Origin: Oikopleura dioica | Taxonomy: Eukaryota > Animalia > Chordata | Direction of reading: 5' to 3' | NCBI GenBank assembly: GCA_907165135.1 | Contig: OU015568.1 | Span: 9,300,001-9,364,000, forward strand | Length of the DNA: 64,000 bases | Part shown: piece after piece, positions 26,795 through 39,566 of the stretch | Layout: each line of letters opens with the position of its first letter | How positions within the stretch are numbered: position 1 is the stretch's first letter | Made by a program: the position numbers and the translations under genes | The notes under the pieces: model-generated | Seen by the model: only the letters and a program-made list of their open reading frames with translations | The model's database searches: none | Told to the model about the DNA's origin: nothing

Positions 26795-28604
26795 ATGGAA
26801 AACCCCAGCAACCCCTACGACAATGGTCAGCAGGATGATCTGGGAGACGATACAATCTGTGTAACCATTCGGCTCTTGTTCAAGGGCAACCAAGTCGGCA
26901 CGCTCATCGGCCGAAAAGGCTCCAAAATCATGCAGATCCGAGAAGAATCCGGCTGCGAGGTCAAAATTAAAGGAAATGAAAAGGACATTGAAAGAATTGT
27001 TTCTGTCTCTGGATCACCGGCCGGTGTCACCAGAGCGATCGGAAAGGTGGGAGAGTTTGTTGAAGCAGATTTGAATGATGGTCTTACTGGCAGAACAACA
27101 AAGGTAAACTCTAAACGTCAAGATAGTCAATAAATCTTACTTACCTGTAAGATACCTGTAACTCTTCATATGATCGTTCCGACTGGCCAATGCGGCTCCA
27201 TCATCGGCAAAGGTGGCTTCAGAATCAAGGAAATTAGAGAGAAAACAGGTTGTAACGTCAAAATTGCCAACGAGCTGCTACCAGGTACTCTACTATGCCT
27301 ACAATAGTGAATTGACCGTCTTTTTTACAAACAGGCAGTACAGAAAAACTCATCACCTTGTATGGCGAACCCAGAGTTATTCAGCAGTGCGTCGGCTCAA
27401 TTTGCAACGTAAGAAACACATTCAGTAATCAACCAGTTATTCATTTGAAAATAAGGTGATGATCGAAGAAGGTCAAGAAAGAAAGTGCACACCTTACACT
27501 CCCGCTTCGTATGGTCCCTCACCGGTGTTTGGAATGGAAGGCATGCCTAGAAACGCGACTCAATATCCTCCACCACCGGCTGGCAACGCTGCGCCGCAAT
27601 ACCCTTATCCTGGACACTCAGGCGCTCCACCAACTGCCCCGCCAGCTCAGCCTGGTTACCCACCAAACTGGGCTCCTGGCCACCCGCCCATGCCAAACCC
27701 CCCTGCTCCTGCTTACGGACAAGTACGTACTAAACAAGTTCTCTAATCTTATCATCGACTAGGTTTACCCTGGCTATGGCGCTTCCAGCTATCCGAATCC
27801 ATCCGATCCAGCCTTCATCCTTCGCGACACGAATTTAGATCACTTCAAAGTAAAATTGAGTCAGAAAATTCTCTCCGAGGGTGTCTTAGAAGTTCATGTC
27901 GACAAAACTTGCGTAAGAGCTTTTCCCAGTTTTTCTGGTGCTAACAAAAATTACAGATGGGAGCTGTCATTGGCCGTGGAGGCTCAAGAATCGGCGAAGT
28001 CAGAATGTTGTCGACGCATGATATTAAAATCCATGAAGTTGATGGTGACAGTACTTTCAGAAGGATAACTATCTCTGGAGACAAAAATCACAGTAAATAA
28101 GATCATCGAAAACTCTAATCTTAACCCTTTTCAGTCGACAAGGCCGTTTTGCTACTCCATGTCTGTGTCAACGTGTTCACAGAACCAAAGGACAAAGTCG
28201 GCCACCTCTCTCTTCTCCAAGCCGTTCAATATGCGCAAAGTGGCGGAAAACCACCACAGGTAGATCCCTTCCCAATTTTACAAGTAAATCATGCGCAGAT
28301 GGAGCCAAAGCACGCTCACGATGCACACCACTCAATGCCACCAACAGGAGCGTATCACCAACAACCCCCTTACGGAAATATGGACTACGGATATGGATAC
28401 GCTGCGGGACATCCCCACCAACCCCCAGCGCCAAGGTAACGCTTTTCAGAAATCAAGGAAAAGTACCAACAATGCTTCAGAATGCCCTCTTACAACAGAA
28501 AACCACCAAACAAGCGCCCAGCTGACCACACTCACGGAATGGACACCGGCGAAGGCGACTCCGAAATCCCCTGCCACAAGCGAGAAAAATTCCGCCAATA
28601 CTAA
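26795..28604 (+). CDS. Three-KH-domain RNA-binding protein, poly(rC)-binding/hnRNP K family
   Basis: KH1 VGTLIGRKGSKI, KH2 CGSIIGKGGFRIKEIRE, a Pro/Tyr-rich linker and KH3 GAVIGRGGSRIGEVR. Confidence 0.9.
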
Positions 28605-29428
28605 AACAGAAAACAGAAACAACCTAAAGAAGATTCAACATTGTCCTGAATACGCTTTCATTCTGTTCATTTAAAAATTTTCACACATCTGTTAGAAAGA
28701 ATTTATAAGGCTCAATTTATTCAACTTATGTGTCCACTTTTACGCTGAATAAAAAGTTTATTGGTTTCTTGCCAAAGAAATCGCTAATTATTATACGAGA
28801 AAGAATCGGGCTTTCTTTGAAAATAAAGATTATCCGAACAATTCAACTTAGTCGTGAATACTCAATTTGCAAATTTATATGGCAGGATGGAGAATTCAAT
28901 CAAGCAAGGCATAATTATGAGTTGGGTTTATGGGGCGCACTGAGTCCGAAAACCCGGCGGTTTATAACATGAAAGGAAGCCGGGAAATAGAATAGCTCCT
29001 CGCACCTTTTAAAGACAGCAATTTTCGAGGAAAAGTTTGTTTTTATAGCACCAAGCTGGTCATTTCTAAATCGCAGCAATTAAAAAATCAGGAGCCCAAT
29101 GGCAACTGAAGACAAGAATCAAAAACTTCCCTGTATTAGTCATAGAAAAACTTGAAAGGGGAGGAATTTGCCATACAGCATCAGCCCTGATTCAACCAGC
29201 GGAATTTCCTTTTGAAGTTTGACAATTTTCGGTGAGAATCTTCGATAGTGTTTGAATCAGAAACCGATAAATCCTTTCTTTCCAGAACGCGTCCATTTCT
29301 CTCTAGATTTAGCGAGATCCCTTTCGAAATTTCCGATTGCGCTTTATTTGCAAAAAAGAAGAGCTGTGGAAATTGAGCTCAGATGGAGAATTTCGTCTTC
29401 AAAAAGAGAGCGTCACAGGAAGACGGAG

Positions 29429-30613
29429 ATGTTACCTGCGAGAGATCTTTCTCGGGTAGAAAGATCATCTTTGGAGATTCAAATCTTTGCGGAATGTATA
29501 CTGACAGTTAGGGTTTTATAATCGAATAATGTCTTTTTGAATAAGTTTGTTTGAAAACTCACTTGAAGCAAGCAGGAGATTTTCAACTCCTACTTTTCCT
29601 TGCGATACGTAAATGAGGCAGAAGACGTTCCAGATACAGTCATTTATTGCATACTACAGGTAAGTCTTCTCATGAGCCCGCGAAACTGATTTTGACATAG
29701 TCTGACCTTCTGGATCCGACTGGAACCACACCAGAAATGATGGCCGACATCCAGCAATGGATCAAACAAAACGACCTGGAAATGCTTATATTACTCATGT
29801 CAGATGTAGCGAATCTACGAGGCGGTCCCCGAACTCCATGGAAGAAAATAGAGAGCCAGGACAAAGGATATTAACCTGTCCCAGATCGATCTTTGGAAAA
29901 AGAGCTGCAGAACACAGTTATTCTTGTGTTCCACGACTGCCAGAGGGAGAAATTTGAACATCAAACCGTACTCGACTTCATGGAAGTAGAAGGTAACTCT
30001 AGAGGGGAACGTTCTGTTACTTATAGTGTTTTAAGCTTATCTCGCGACAGATTACGGAGTCGATGACTTCGCGAGTGTGCGAAAGTTGCTGAATAAAGTT
30101 CCTGAAACGTACAAAATGCTCAAAGGAGAATGGGAATTCATCAAGGGACTTGTCTCCACGATCTGCGAAAATCCCAAGTGGGAAGATGCCTCTTTCAAGA
30201 ATCCTTGCACCGAGATGAGTAAGAACAGAAGACGACTAATTCCACATCAAGTAACATCCCCGGTAAACCAGTCTTAATCAATTTTTTATTTACTTATGCA
30301 TTTTCAGTGGCGTCAAGACATGCTTACCAAGTTGGTAAAGAAGAATCTGTCCTGGCGAAATGTGACCAAGTTCCCCGTTGGAAACAAGTTCCTTGTTCGC
30401 GGCCAACGACCAGTGCTCAAACTTCGACCCAAGGTTGAGCCACGCATTCGGAGTAAAGACTACAAATTCTACTCTGAAATGCTGAGATTGCCGACGCGAA
30501 CTTTGAACAGAAAAGAGGAAGAAAACGAACTCATCAGATCGCGTCCCGAAGAGCTTCGGTTTTATGACAAAATGCTCCAGCGATTGTGGCGACAGGTTCA
30601 GTTCAATATTTAA
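29429..30613 (+). CDS. Uncharacterised multi-exon protein; start uncertain
   Basis: Open exons separated by short introns (KQEIFNSYFSLRY..., DRSLEKELQNTVILVF..., ...RLWRQVQFNI*). No family recognised. Confidence 0.5.
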
Positions 30614-31475
30614 TTTATTTGAGGCTTCAAAGCATCAACTCACATATTTTATTTGTTGTAAATAACTTTCCGATTGTAAATTTACGTAAAATAAGATTGA
30701 TGAATTATTTTGTCCAACCGTTATATAACTAAGCTAAAGAAAACGAAGCCTAAAACGGACTTGCCTAAACTCGGACCTGAACCACTTCAGGGACCATCGG
30801 AACCCCTCGTCTCATACGATCAACTCAGCAAGATGAGCGAAAACGACGTGCTAATGGCTGGCTGCTCTGGAGCCAAGCAGCGCCGCCTGGGAAACAACGA
30901 GGACTCTTATCCCGATGGTATCTTATTTTGAAATTGAAATCCTGCCACTTTTGAACAAACGAATAAAAATTGCCGATTAGAAGGATAACAATTGCGAATA
31001 ATATTCACTATCGTTTCTTTTATTGTTTTAAAAAGGCATCGAGGCGGAGTAGTGAGTAATTGCCGCGCTCCCTCTCTACCACTCTCTCGCACCGATAATG
31101 CCTCGCTCGTAAAACGTTTTTCCCGAGCAGCTCGGTCGTAATTCCGCTCAATACCGACACCAAAAGTCGTTTTCTTCAAGAGTTAAAAGGGCAATGTTTT
31201 TCCAAACGCATCCATCAGAGAAACGTGACACACCAAGATCCAAAAAACAAACGAAAGAGGAAAACGCCGGTTTCAAAAGTGACAGTGGAGACAAACGTTT
31301 TGTTTTAAAGAGTTTAAAATTAAGACAGGGCGTTGTCGCACTGACCCTTTTGCCCAACCGAAAGTCGACGATTTTCTGTTGAATTATATTTTTGAATACT
31401 TTTTTTAATAGTGGAACAAGAGAGGGTTGAGTCGAATAAGTACAAAGAACAGAAAGTGTTGAATATAAGAGGCGT

Positions 31476-33620
31476 TCAAAGAGATATTAGGTCTTTGCTC
31501 GTACTTTGATTTTCAATTTGGACGGGGACCGAGTTGATCGCCACCGGAGCGCTGGGGGTTGAGCCAAAGCTAGTCCAGTTCTCGCGGCCGGTCACGAAGA
31601 GATCGCTTTTTACCGGCGAGAAGAAGTTACGCTCAACGCGAATCGGCTGTGGCGTGTGAACGGCTAAAATATTGATAAGAAAATAATGACTATTATTTCT
31701 TAGGGAAGCAAGACTGACCTTGAGATCTGGGCTTGATATCATTCCACGCAGAAGCGCCAAACCAGCTGGCATTTGTGGTGGAATTACTCGTGTTTCCATT
31801 GGTAAGAACTGCTCCATTCACGCTAGCATTGGTACCAGCCGGAGTATGATTGTTTGAAGACTTGGATAAGAACGGATTCGTCGATGATCCGTTTATTGAA
31901 TTGCTATTTTTATGGCCATTTGTTGGGATAGGAGCGGGCTCGAGGAAGTTGACGGATTCAAGCCACTTTTTCGTTGTTGAATTGCGATCGCTGCGTTTTG
32001 AATTGGCAACGAAGAACTTTGTTTTGAGCAGTTGAGCGTATTTTGGTCGCTTTTCCACATTCTAAACTCGGTTTAGACAAGAAAAGGGGTTTGATGAGTA
32101 ACTACCTTTATACAAAGTAATTTGACAAATTCGCGAAAATCTGCGGGGAAAGAAGGGCCGAGCTCTGGCGCTTCTGCTTGTAGGATTTTCGCGCAAACTT
32201 CAAAATCCGATTTGCAACCAGAATAAGGAAACTGCGCTGTCGCCAGTTCTATTAAACTCAGCCCCAAGCTCCAGATATCCGCTCGGACGTCATACGTTCC
32301 TCTCTGAAAACAGCCTTCGTTATCTTCAGCTTTCTTCAAGACCTACCTCTGGGTCGATTCTTTCGGGACTCAAGTAGGCAGCACAGCCAGCTCCTCTAGT
32401 TCGCGCCTGGCTATCCACAAGACGACCCGAAATGCCAAAGTCGCAAAGTTTTATGTTGCCATGTTGGTCGACAAGCACGTTCGATGGTTTTACTGAATTA
32501 ATGCCATTACGTCAAAGTTCACGTCACAAACTCCTCAAAGAAAGAAAAAAGGCGAGAAAGATTTATTGCATTCCTTTGTTTATTACTTTGATCTGCCAGA
32601 GTCTGATAGACTACATCATGTATCTGGGAAGACAAAGTGACATGTCTTAGAGACTCAAAAGCCGCAAGCAACTTTTTCGATTCAGTCGGTAAAACTCATG
32701 ATTATTTTCTGCTTATAATAATGTGGCTTTCTTACCATCTCTGTGTATCGTCGAGTGATGTTCCTTCAAGTAGTGAAGAGCTGAAACGACGGAGTAGGTC
32801 AACGACCCTAGGACAGGAACAGGGACTGGCAGTCGTGTTGTTTTAAGGATTTTCTCGAAGCAGCAGAGCATCAATTCCATGACAATCCAAACTGAAGCAT
32901 CGCTTCCAACTGCGCCGAGGTACTTGACAATGTGTGGGCAGGTTCGCGATTTGATCATGACCCCGAGATCCATCCGCAGCCGCTAGAATCGACTGTAATT
33001 TCCGAAAGCGTGAGAAAGGCCATTTACCTTAATCTCGTCTGGATCATCTGACTTTGGAATTTGCTTAACTGCGACCTGTCGTTTGCCCATAAAGTTCATT
33101 TTAAAGACTGTACCGCTCGTTCCACTCCCAAGCCAGGCAGAAGTGTCGTGAGAGGTGAAATCCTTTTCCGTGACGTTGCGATAAGGGACCCTGTCTAATT
33201 CTACAGTCCCAAGGCCGAGAATTGGCACATTCTGAGGTTCGAAGGATTGTGCTGTATTGAATCCATTTCTCCGATTTGAAAAGTCCAAACTAGACAAAAA
33301 TTAACTTTCTGAAAAATCAGTCCGCAATTGCGATTTTTCCAAGAAATCCGTCAAATGAAAAATTACCTTCCAGGCTTCATTCTTGGGGTGACGGTGCTAG
33401 AATTCGCCCTGGAAGAAGTGAGCGAGAGAGAAGAAGGGACGGACGGCCTGGTTGAGTTGAGGTTTAAATTCGTAGGCGCAGGACGAGGCCTTCTCGAAGA
33501 AGCTGAAAATTGACTGTGAATCTCTCAATTAGAAGATTTCGTTCTCTTACATTGACTCTGAATCTGTTCCTTCATTTGGTCAATCTGCGCGACGAAACTC
33601 GCCAAGTTGATGTCGCTCAT
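31476..33620 (-). CDS. MAP2K7: MAP kinase kinase 7 (JNK activator)
   Basis: [56 protein letters not shown]; N-terminal coiled coil [18 protein letters not shown] and docking-like [11 protein letters not shown]. Confidence 0.93.
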
Positions 33621-36600
33621 TCTGAAAAAGCAAATTTGTCGTTATTATTTCAGCGAACAATACGGGGACAATATACATGTGTTCAGGAAGAAAAGGCGCG
33701 CAAACAGGACGCTTGAGCTAGAATGGTCAGAGGAGCGTGGTTATGGAGAAAAGAATGGAATTTTGGTTTCCTTTTTGGCTTTTGTTTTACCGTAGATTTT
33801 CAATGATAAAGGGGGTTTTCTCAAGTTTGCAAAAATTGGGGCTCGAAAATTCTCTGTTGAGGAAAACTTGCTTCTGAAAGTCGATCGCGGCGAAATAGTG
33901 AAAGTGAGCAAATAAAATCAAGAAAAAATCGAATTGTTTACTCTTGACTGAGACCTTCCAAAAAAGGCCGGGCTTGGAATCCTCTCCCTCCCCGACCAGT
34001 TTATATTTCCAATTATTCTGGCTCACTTGACCCAAATGAGCCCCAATATCAATAAAAAGGAAAATTCAAATTATCCTCTCATTACATCCTTTTCCAGCTA
34101 TAACGACGATATTCTCTGAGCTCAAAAAGGATATATAATCTTCTTCGTTTGCGTCAAATCATAGATTTGGCCTTATAAAAAAGTTTAAATCTTATGTTTA
34201 TGGCCATTTCGGATCAAAGAAAGCTCTCACAGTTAAAAAATGGGCAGCTACTTTTGATTTTGTCGATTTTCTTCGTTGATTATTGTCCTAAAATTCGGAA
34301 ATATGGTTTGACTAGTCTCTCAGTCACCCAGCTAATTATATTTTCAAAGATAATAGATTTGTTGGCTTTCACATGAAGATGATTCAATTGAAAATCATTA
34401 CGTGACTAGACGGCCAAAATAACTTGAGAAATTTATTCTCTCATAAAAATAATAAAAATTCCAGTTTCAGTTGCTCAGCTAAAAATTATGATAATCCAGT
34501 AGGAAGGCTCCTGCGCTCATGGGCGGTAATTACAGCATCAATATATCTTTCGCTGGGCAGAAAATCTATAAAACTCTTCAGAAGAGAGAGCGGCGGATTC
34601 TTTCTGATGTCTGTCTTGTTTTACCGTCTTTGGCCAGTGAAAAGAGAAGTCTTAATTTATTCCGCGTGACAAATCATATATCATTTATCGATATCATATA
34701 AATGCGGATCGTCTACATATGTACACTGAATATAGACAGGCTTATTACAATCTGGAAGTTTTCAAAATTGAATGAAAGAATTTCAAATAAAGAACGAACG
34801 AAAATCTACATTTTGATTAACCTTAAATCTTTTCGCGCTCATTTTGAATAGTTATTCTTCAATTCGTAACAAAGTAACCGTTTCTGTATAAAAAGAAAGA
34901 AGTTTCTCTAAATATAAAACTCGCTTCGTTGTGAATTCGCAATTGTTCTTAATGTTTCCACGATGGGCGGATAATTATGACTCTCTACGACGCGCTTTTA
35001 TATTTAGATTCTTGTGATTTATTGTGAGTTTTTGGCGAACTTGTTGACGCTGTTGAAACTCTGGGCGAGGGGCGATTTACGAGCGCCAAAAGCTGTGAGA
35101 AACGCTCAGAGTTTTTTCGCTAAACGAGTTGTAAATAGTGATAACTGTCTCCCGGAAACACACGTCTGCGCATTCCAAGGTCACATGAGTTTTGACTAAG
35201 AACGAGCTCGTGAATCTAGACAGTGGAAAGTTATCAGTGGAGATTCGGATCGGCCAATTATTTGGTCATTTAGATTCCGAAGAGTAAACTAAGTATATCA
35301 CATGATATTTATAAAGCGGACTAAATTTAGAGCTAGATTCATGGCGCCATTCTGATCATTAATCGTAAAGGAAAAGACACTCACGTGTTTTATGTTAATT
35401 AATTACGCATCATGACACTTTTATGGCACCATTTCTTTGATAGGTTAATTCAGAAGTGCCTAAATTCCAAATAGAAACTAATCCCCATCTTTTACAATAA
35501 TAGCCTGTGAATTAATCCAAAGCCGGAATTTACTTTTGCACAAAATCGGTCAAAAAAGGTTAATTTTAACCCAAAAACGTTCAATTTTAACCCACGAAGA
35601 ACGTGAGAGCTCAAAATTGTCCAAATACAGAAATGGCACGGGAAATCGTTAACTACCGTAAAACAAGCGGACAATAAAGGCGAAGTTATATCGAAATTCT
35701 CTGCCAGGTGGATCCGCCAAGCGGATGCATGAAATTCGCGCTATTTGTAACTATGGCGATAGCAACTTCATGCTACCAAGAAGCAGAAAAAATGTAAATA
35801 AATCCTAGTAAACAGACAAATCGGCAAATCGCAAAAAGTTGACACTAGCAGATAGCAATTTAGTCATTTTTCAAATAAATTGTCGCGTTATAGAATTGCA
35901 TGTTTCTTTGAACTTTCATCTACTCAGGTCAACTGTTTATTTTGAGAAATCTTCATTGACCGACTTATTTCGTTACAAAACTACACCCGACGCTCTTTAT
36001 TAGACCACTGTCGAGTTTTCTGATCGGAAGAAAACCCTGGTGATCGAAAAAAGACCGTCCGGGGTAGTTTGTGCCAAAAAATTGATGAAGTTGTTTGAAA
36101 ACAAGAAATTCTAGCTTGACATTTGGCTAAAATTCTCAATAGAATAAAAATTAACGAACCATTAATTTCTCTTGAGAGCTCAAATATTGCCCCATAAAAT
36201 CGTCATCTGTTGGCCTTGAATTCTAAATTTCAAATTTCCTGACGCAGCTTTTGCAAATTTAACGAAGCTACCGGAATTTTTTAGAATGAAGATATCTCTA
36301 ACTATTATTCTGACATTTTAGGTGCTCAAAAGGATGCGTGAGAAAATAAGTTTCTTTCCGGAGATCGTAAAAATGTTTGGTTGATTCGAAGCCGGAAGAA
36401 TTCACTTCCGGATTTGTCGCAAAATCATTATCAGCATAAATTCCCTAGACATGCAATTCAAGCCTCACAATATTCTAATTTTCAGGAATTCCGAATTAGC
36501 CCACAGAAATTTAGGTTTTCAGATTTAAAGATTCTTTCATAGAAAAATGACATGAATAACGAAATAATACTAACGAAAATATTTTTTTAATTTAAGTATC

Positions 36601-36819
36601 AGAAAATCAGATTTTTTTTTTAATAAAAACTCACTAATATGAGATTTCTTCTTAGATTCTTTTTTTTTCTTAACTTTTATATCTCTAAGAGGAAGTGAAG
36701 ATGACTTCTTATTTTAAAAAATGCCTTCTTTTTATTTTATATTTTTTTATCGGAGAATTGGAAATTGACTTGCAATTGATCGATGGCGCCCGCGATTGCT
36801 GGGGCTGATCTGAGATTTG

Positions 36820-36829
36820 AGCCAATCAG
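36820..36829 (+). promoter_or_regulatory. CCAAT box (NF-Y-type AGCCAATCAG) in a GC-rich patch upstream of the SRD5A-PRPF38B-NCAPD2 cluster
   Basis: Consensus match about 80 nt upstream of the putative ATG at 36908, after a 2-kb AT-rich gap. Motif match only. Confidence 0.4.
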
Positions 36830-36907
36830 CGCGCGCCGCTCCCGTTTGATTTTTCGATTTCCAATTTTTGCGACTTTTGGAGAAAAAGAGTTAACGAATT
36901 CACGAAA

Positions 36908-37971
36908 ATGGAGGGGCTGATAAATTGGGCCCTAGGAAACGAGTTTTTAGTTAAAATTAGATTTTTATTTTTAAAATTAATAATTCAATCAATGAAAAAA
37001 CTGCAGTAAAAAACTCTTATCAGCACTTAGTGATAGGGAAGTGGTATCATACCTCGGAGTAGGCATGATTGTCAATGGCTTGTTTGTAGCTCCAATCCTA
37101 ACCTACATAATGCCAGCTTACTACGGCCGATACAGGTTTTCTCAGCTCAAAAATCATGTTTAATCCCGTGTTCTAGCGGAAAAGCCTGGTTTTCTATTTC
37201 AGCGAAGCTCTCCTGGGTCGTTCAAGAATGCCCGGCCTTCTTTCTTCCCTTCTACTACCTCCTAACGACTCCAGATCTTGCTCTTCCGAATCAGATTCTT
37301 TTGGGAATGATGAGTCTTCATTATTTTCAGCGATCGTTCATCTATGCTCTCAAGCAACGGAGTAAAAACGACGTCGCTATTTCTATCACTTTCTTTGCCT
37401 TCGTTTTCTGCTTGTACAACGGTTTTATGCAGGTATTTTCGTGTTTCAGCAGTTCCTTCAAAAACGCTCTAATCCTGATTTTGAAGAGCCAGAAGCTCTT
37501 AAAAATAGCGTCTTCTCAACTTTTCAACTCTTCTTATCAGGGTCTGGCGTTATCATCTGTCTACTCTTATCCCGCCAACTGGAGCAGCTCACCTCAGTTT
37601 ATCCTCGGAAGCGGATTATTCCTCTTCGGCTTCGCTGGAAACATCCATTCTGACTCAATTCTTCGAAATCTCCGAAAACCTGGCGAATCGGGCTACAAAA
37701 TTCCGAGAGGCGGGGTTTTCGAATACGTCTCCGCGGCAAACTACTTCTGCGAAAGTCTAGAATGGATTGGTTTTGCCATTGCGTGTTGGAATTTCCCAGC
37801 TGGTGAGAAATTACTTTTCAAACAACCTTCAACTTCTTTTTTCTAGCGGCCTTTGCGACGTACACTCTTGCGAATCTCCTTCCAAGAGGACTTTCCCATC
37901 ACCAGTGGTACAAGAACAAATTCGACGACTACCCAAAAGAGCGAAAAGCTTTCATCCCCTTTCTTCTTTAA
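36908..37971 (+). CDS. SRD5A: Steroid 5-alpha-reductase (SRD5A1/2 family); start approximate
   Basis: AYYGRY, WVVQECP, HYFQRSFIY, NIHSDSILRNLRKPGESGYKIPRGGVFEYVSAANYFCESLEW, HHQWY...YPKERKAFIPF. Confidence 0.93.
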
Positions 37972-38108
37972 TTCCAGTTCAAAAGTTCAATCCTCGCTCA
38001 AAAGAATCATCTTTTACTGACCTACTAATATTTATTTCTTCAACCAAAATATACCCAGATTTCACCGAATCAAATTCATTCAAAGCCCAAAATCTATTTT
38101 TCAAGATC

Positions 38109-39484
38109 ATGTCGGAAGAGGAAAAACGGAGCATGCAGCAACCGACGGAAGAAGAAGAAGAATCAGGCGACGATGATGACATGGGAAAATACATGATCGA
38201 CGACGATGATGACGATCTCCCAGCCCCGGTTCCGAAAAAAGACAAGAGTGAGAAAAAGATCGACACGGAAGACCAGAAAAAGGAGCTTTTCAGTGCAAAA
38301 GAGCTTCGAGATGTAAGTTCAATGAACGTTCTTTTAAAATTTCAATCAATGAAACTTTCAATTTTTAGTACATGGCGGCATCAGTTCCAGGACTGAAAAA
38401 ACACCGCGGGAGTAAACTGCCAGTCCATGGGAATGAACGAACAATGAACCTGAACCACATGGTGCTGGCAAACATCACTGAATCCGCCTACTTCCGCTGC
38501 GATCTGCTTCAAATCAAAACATACGACGATATGATCGACGAAATTTACTACAAAGTAACGCACCTCGAGCCCTGGGAAAAAGTCGGTAAATATTCAACGC
38601 GATCTGATCAATCTAAGCTCGATTCTAGGGATCAAGAAAGCATTTTACCGGCAGCGCGACGGGTGCTGAAAGAGGAATGGCGTATTCAAGCATCCCTGGA
38701 GTTCAGAACTATGTTGGAGTCAGAGGAGTCGGTCAAGGGGGAATTGTCTCTACCCCTTTTTGCTGCATGTATAAACTTTGGACAATAAAGGTTGAAAAAA
38801 GGCTGAAACAAGAAGCATTTATAAGGTTTTAGTTGACCAGAAAACAAGTAGAATTGATGTGCGACCATGTGGACTCTCCATACATCCGGGGAATCGGATT
38901 CCTTTATCTTCGATACAGGTATGCATGTTGTTACTTTCTAGGGATAAATTTCTGTTCAGTTTACCGCCTGAAAATCTCCTGGAATATCTTGAGCCCTACT
39001 TCAAAGACACAGAAGAAATCGACCCAAAAGCTGGTGGTGGTGATCCAATGACTATGGGAGAGCTTGTAAGTCCGGAGCTTCTCCAGTTGTTTATCTTACC
39101 GTTTATTTCTAGATAATGGCGATGCTAGAGGAAAACCACTGGTACGGGACAATGCTGCCTCGAATTCCGGCAAAACACTTACAAGAAATCAGAAAAGCAA
39201 TCGACAACTACAAAGGACGCAGTCGCGGAGAAAAGAGCTCAAGCGAAAGAAGTTCTTCGAGAAGTAATCGTAGAAGCCGAAGCAGAAGCCCTGCTGCTCG
39301 AAAAAAGCGTAGAGACCCGAGGGAACTTGACGATGGCCCGAGTTCTTCCAGCTCTTCTCACAGGTATCTTCTCGTATATTTCTTGATTCGATTCTATTAC
39401 AATTATAGGGGACGAAAAGATCGAGATAGAAATGCATACCAAGGAATGCCGCGCGGATTCGGTGGCAGAAGTGGTCGATATTAG
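38109..39484 (+). CDS. PRPF38B: Pre-mRNA splicing factor 38B
   Basis: LPVHGNERTMNLNHMVLANI, IYYKVTHLEPWEKG, HVDSPYIRGIGFLYLRY and an RS-rich tail. Confidence 0.95.
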
Positions 39485-39566
39485 AACAAATTTTAACTGC
39501 CATGAATTCAATTTTCAACAAACATAAACCCAAATAAATGTATTTTCATCGCTTTTCTTTTAGAAA

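Noticed and set aside
30710-30931. 73-aa ORF after the unknown gene
   Set aside because: TTG start, no motif and no convincing spliced continuation.
35219-36012. GACAGTGG/CCACTGTC inverted pair as possible transposon ends in the 2-kb non-coding gap
   Set aside because: Only 8 bp long, with no target duplication and no transposase remnant. The gap may still hold repeats, which needs a genome-wide BLAST.
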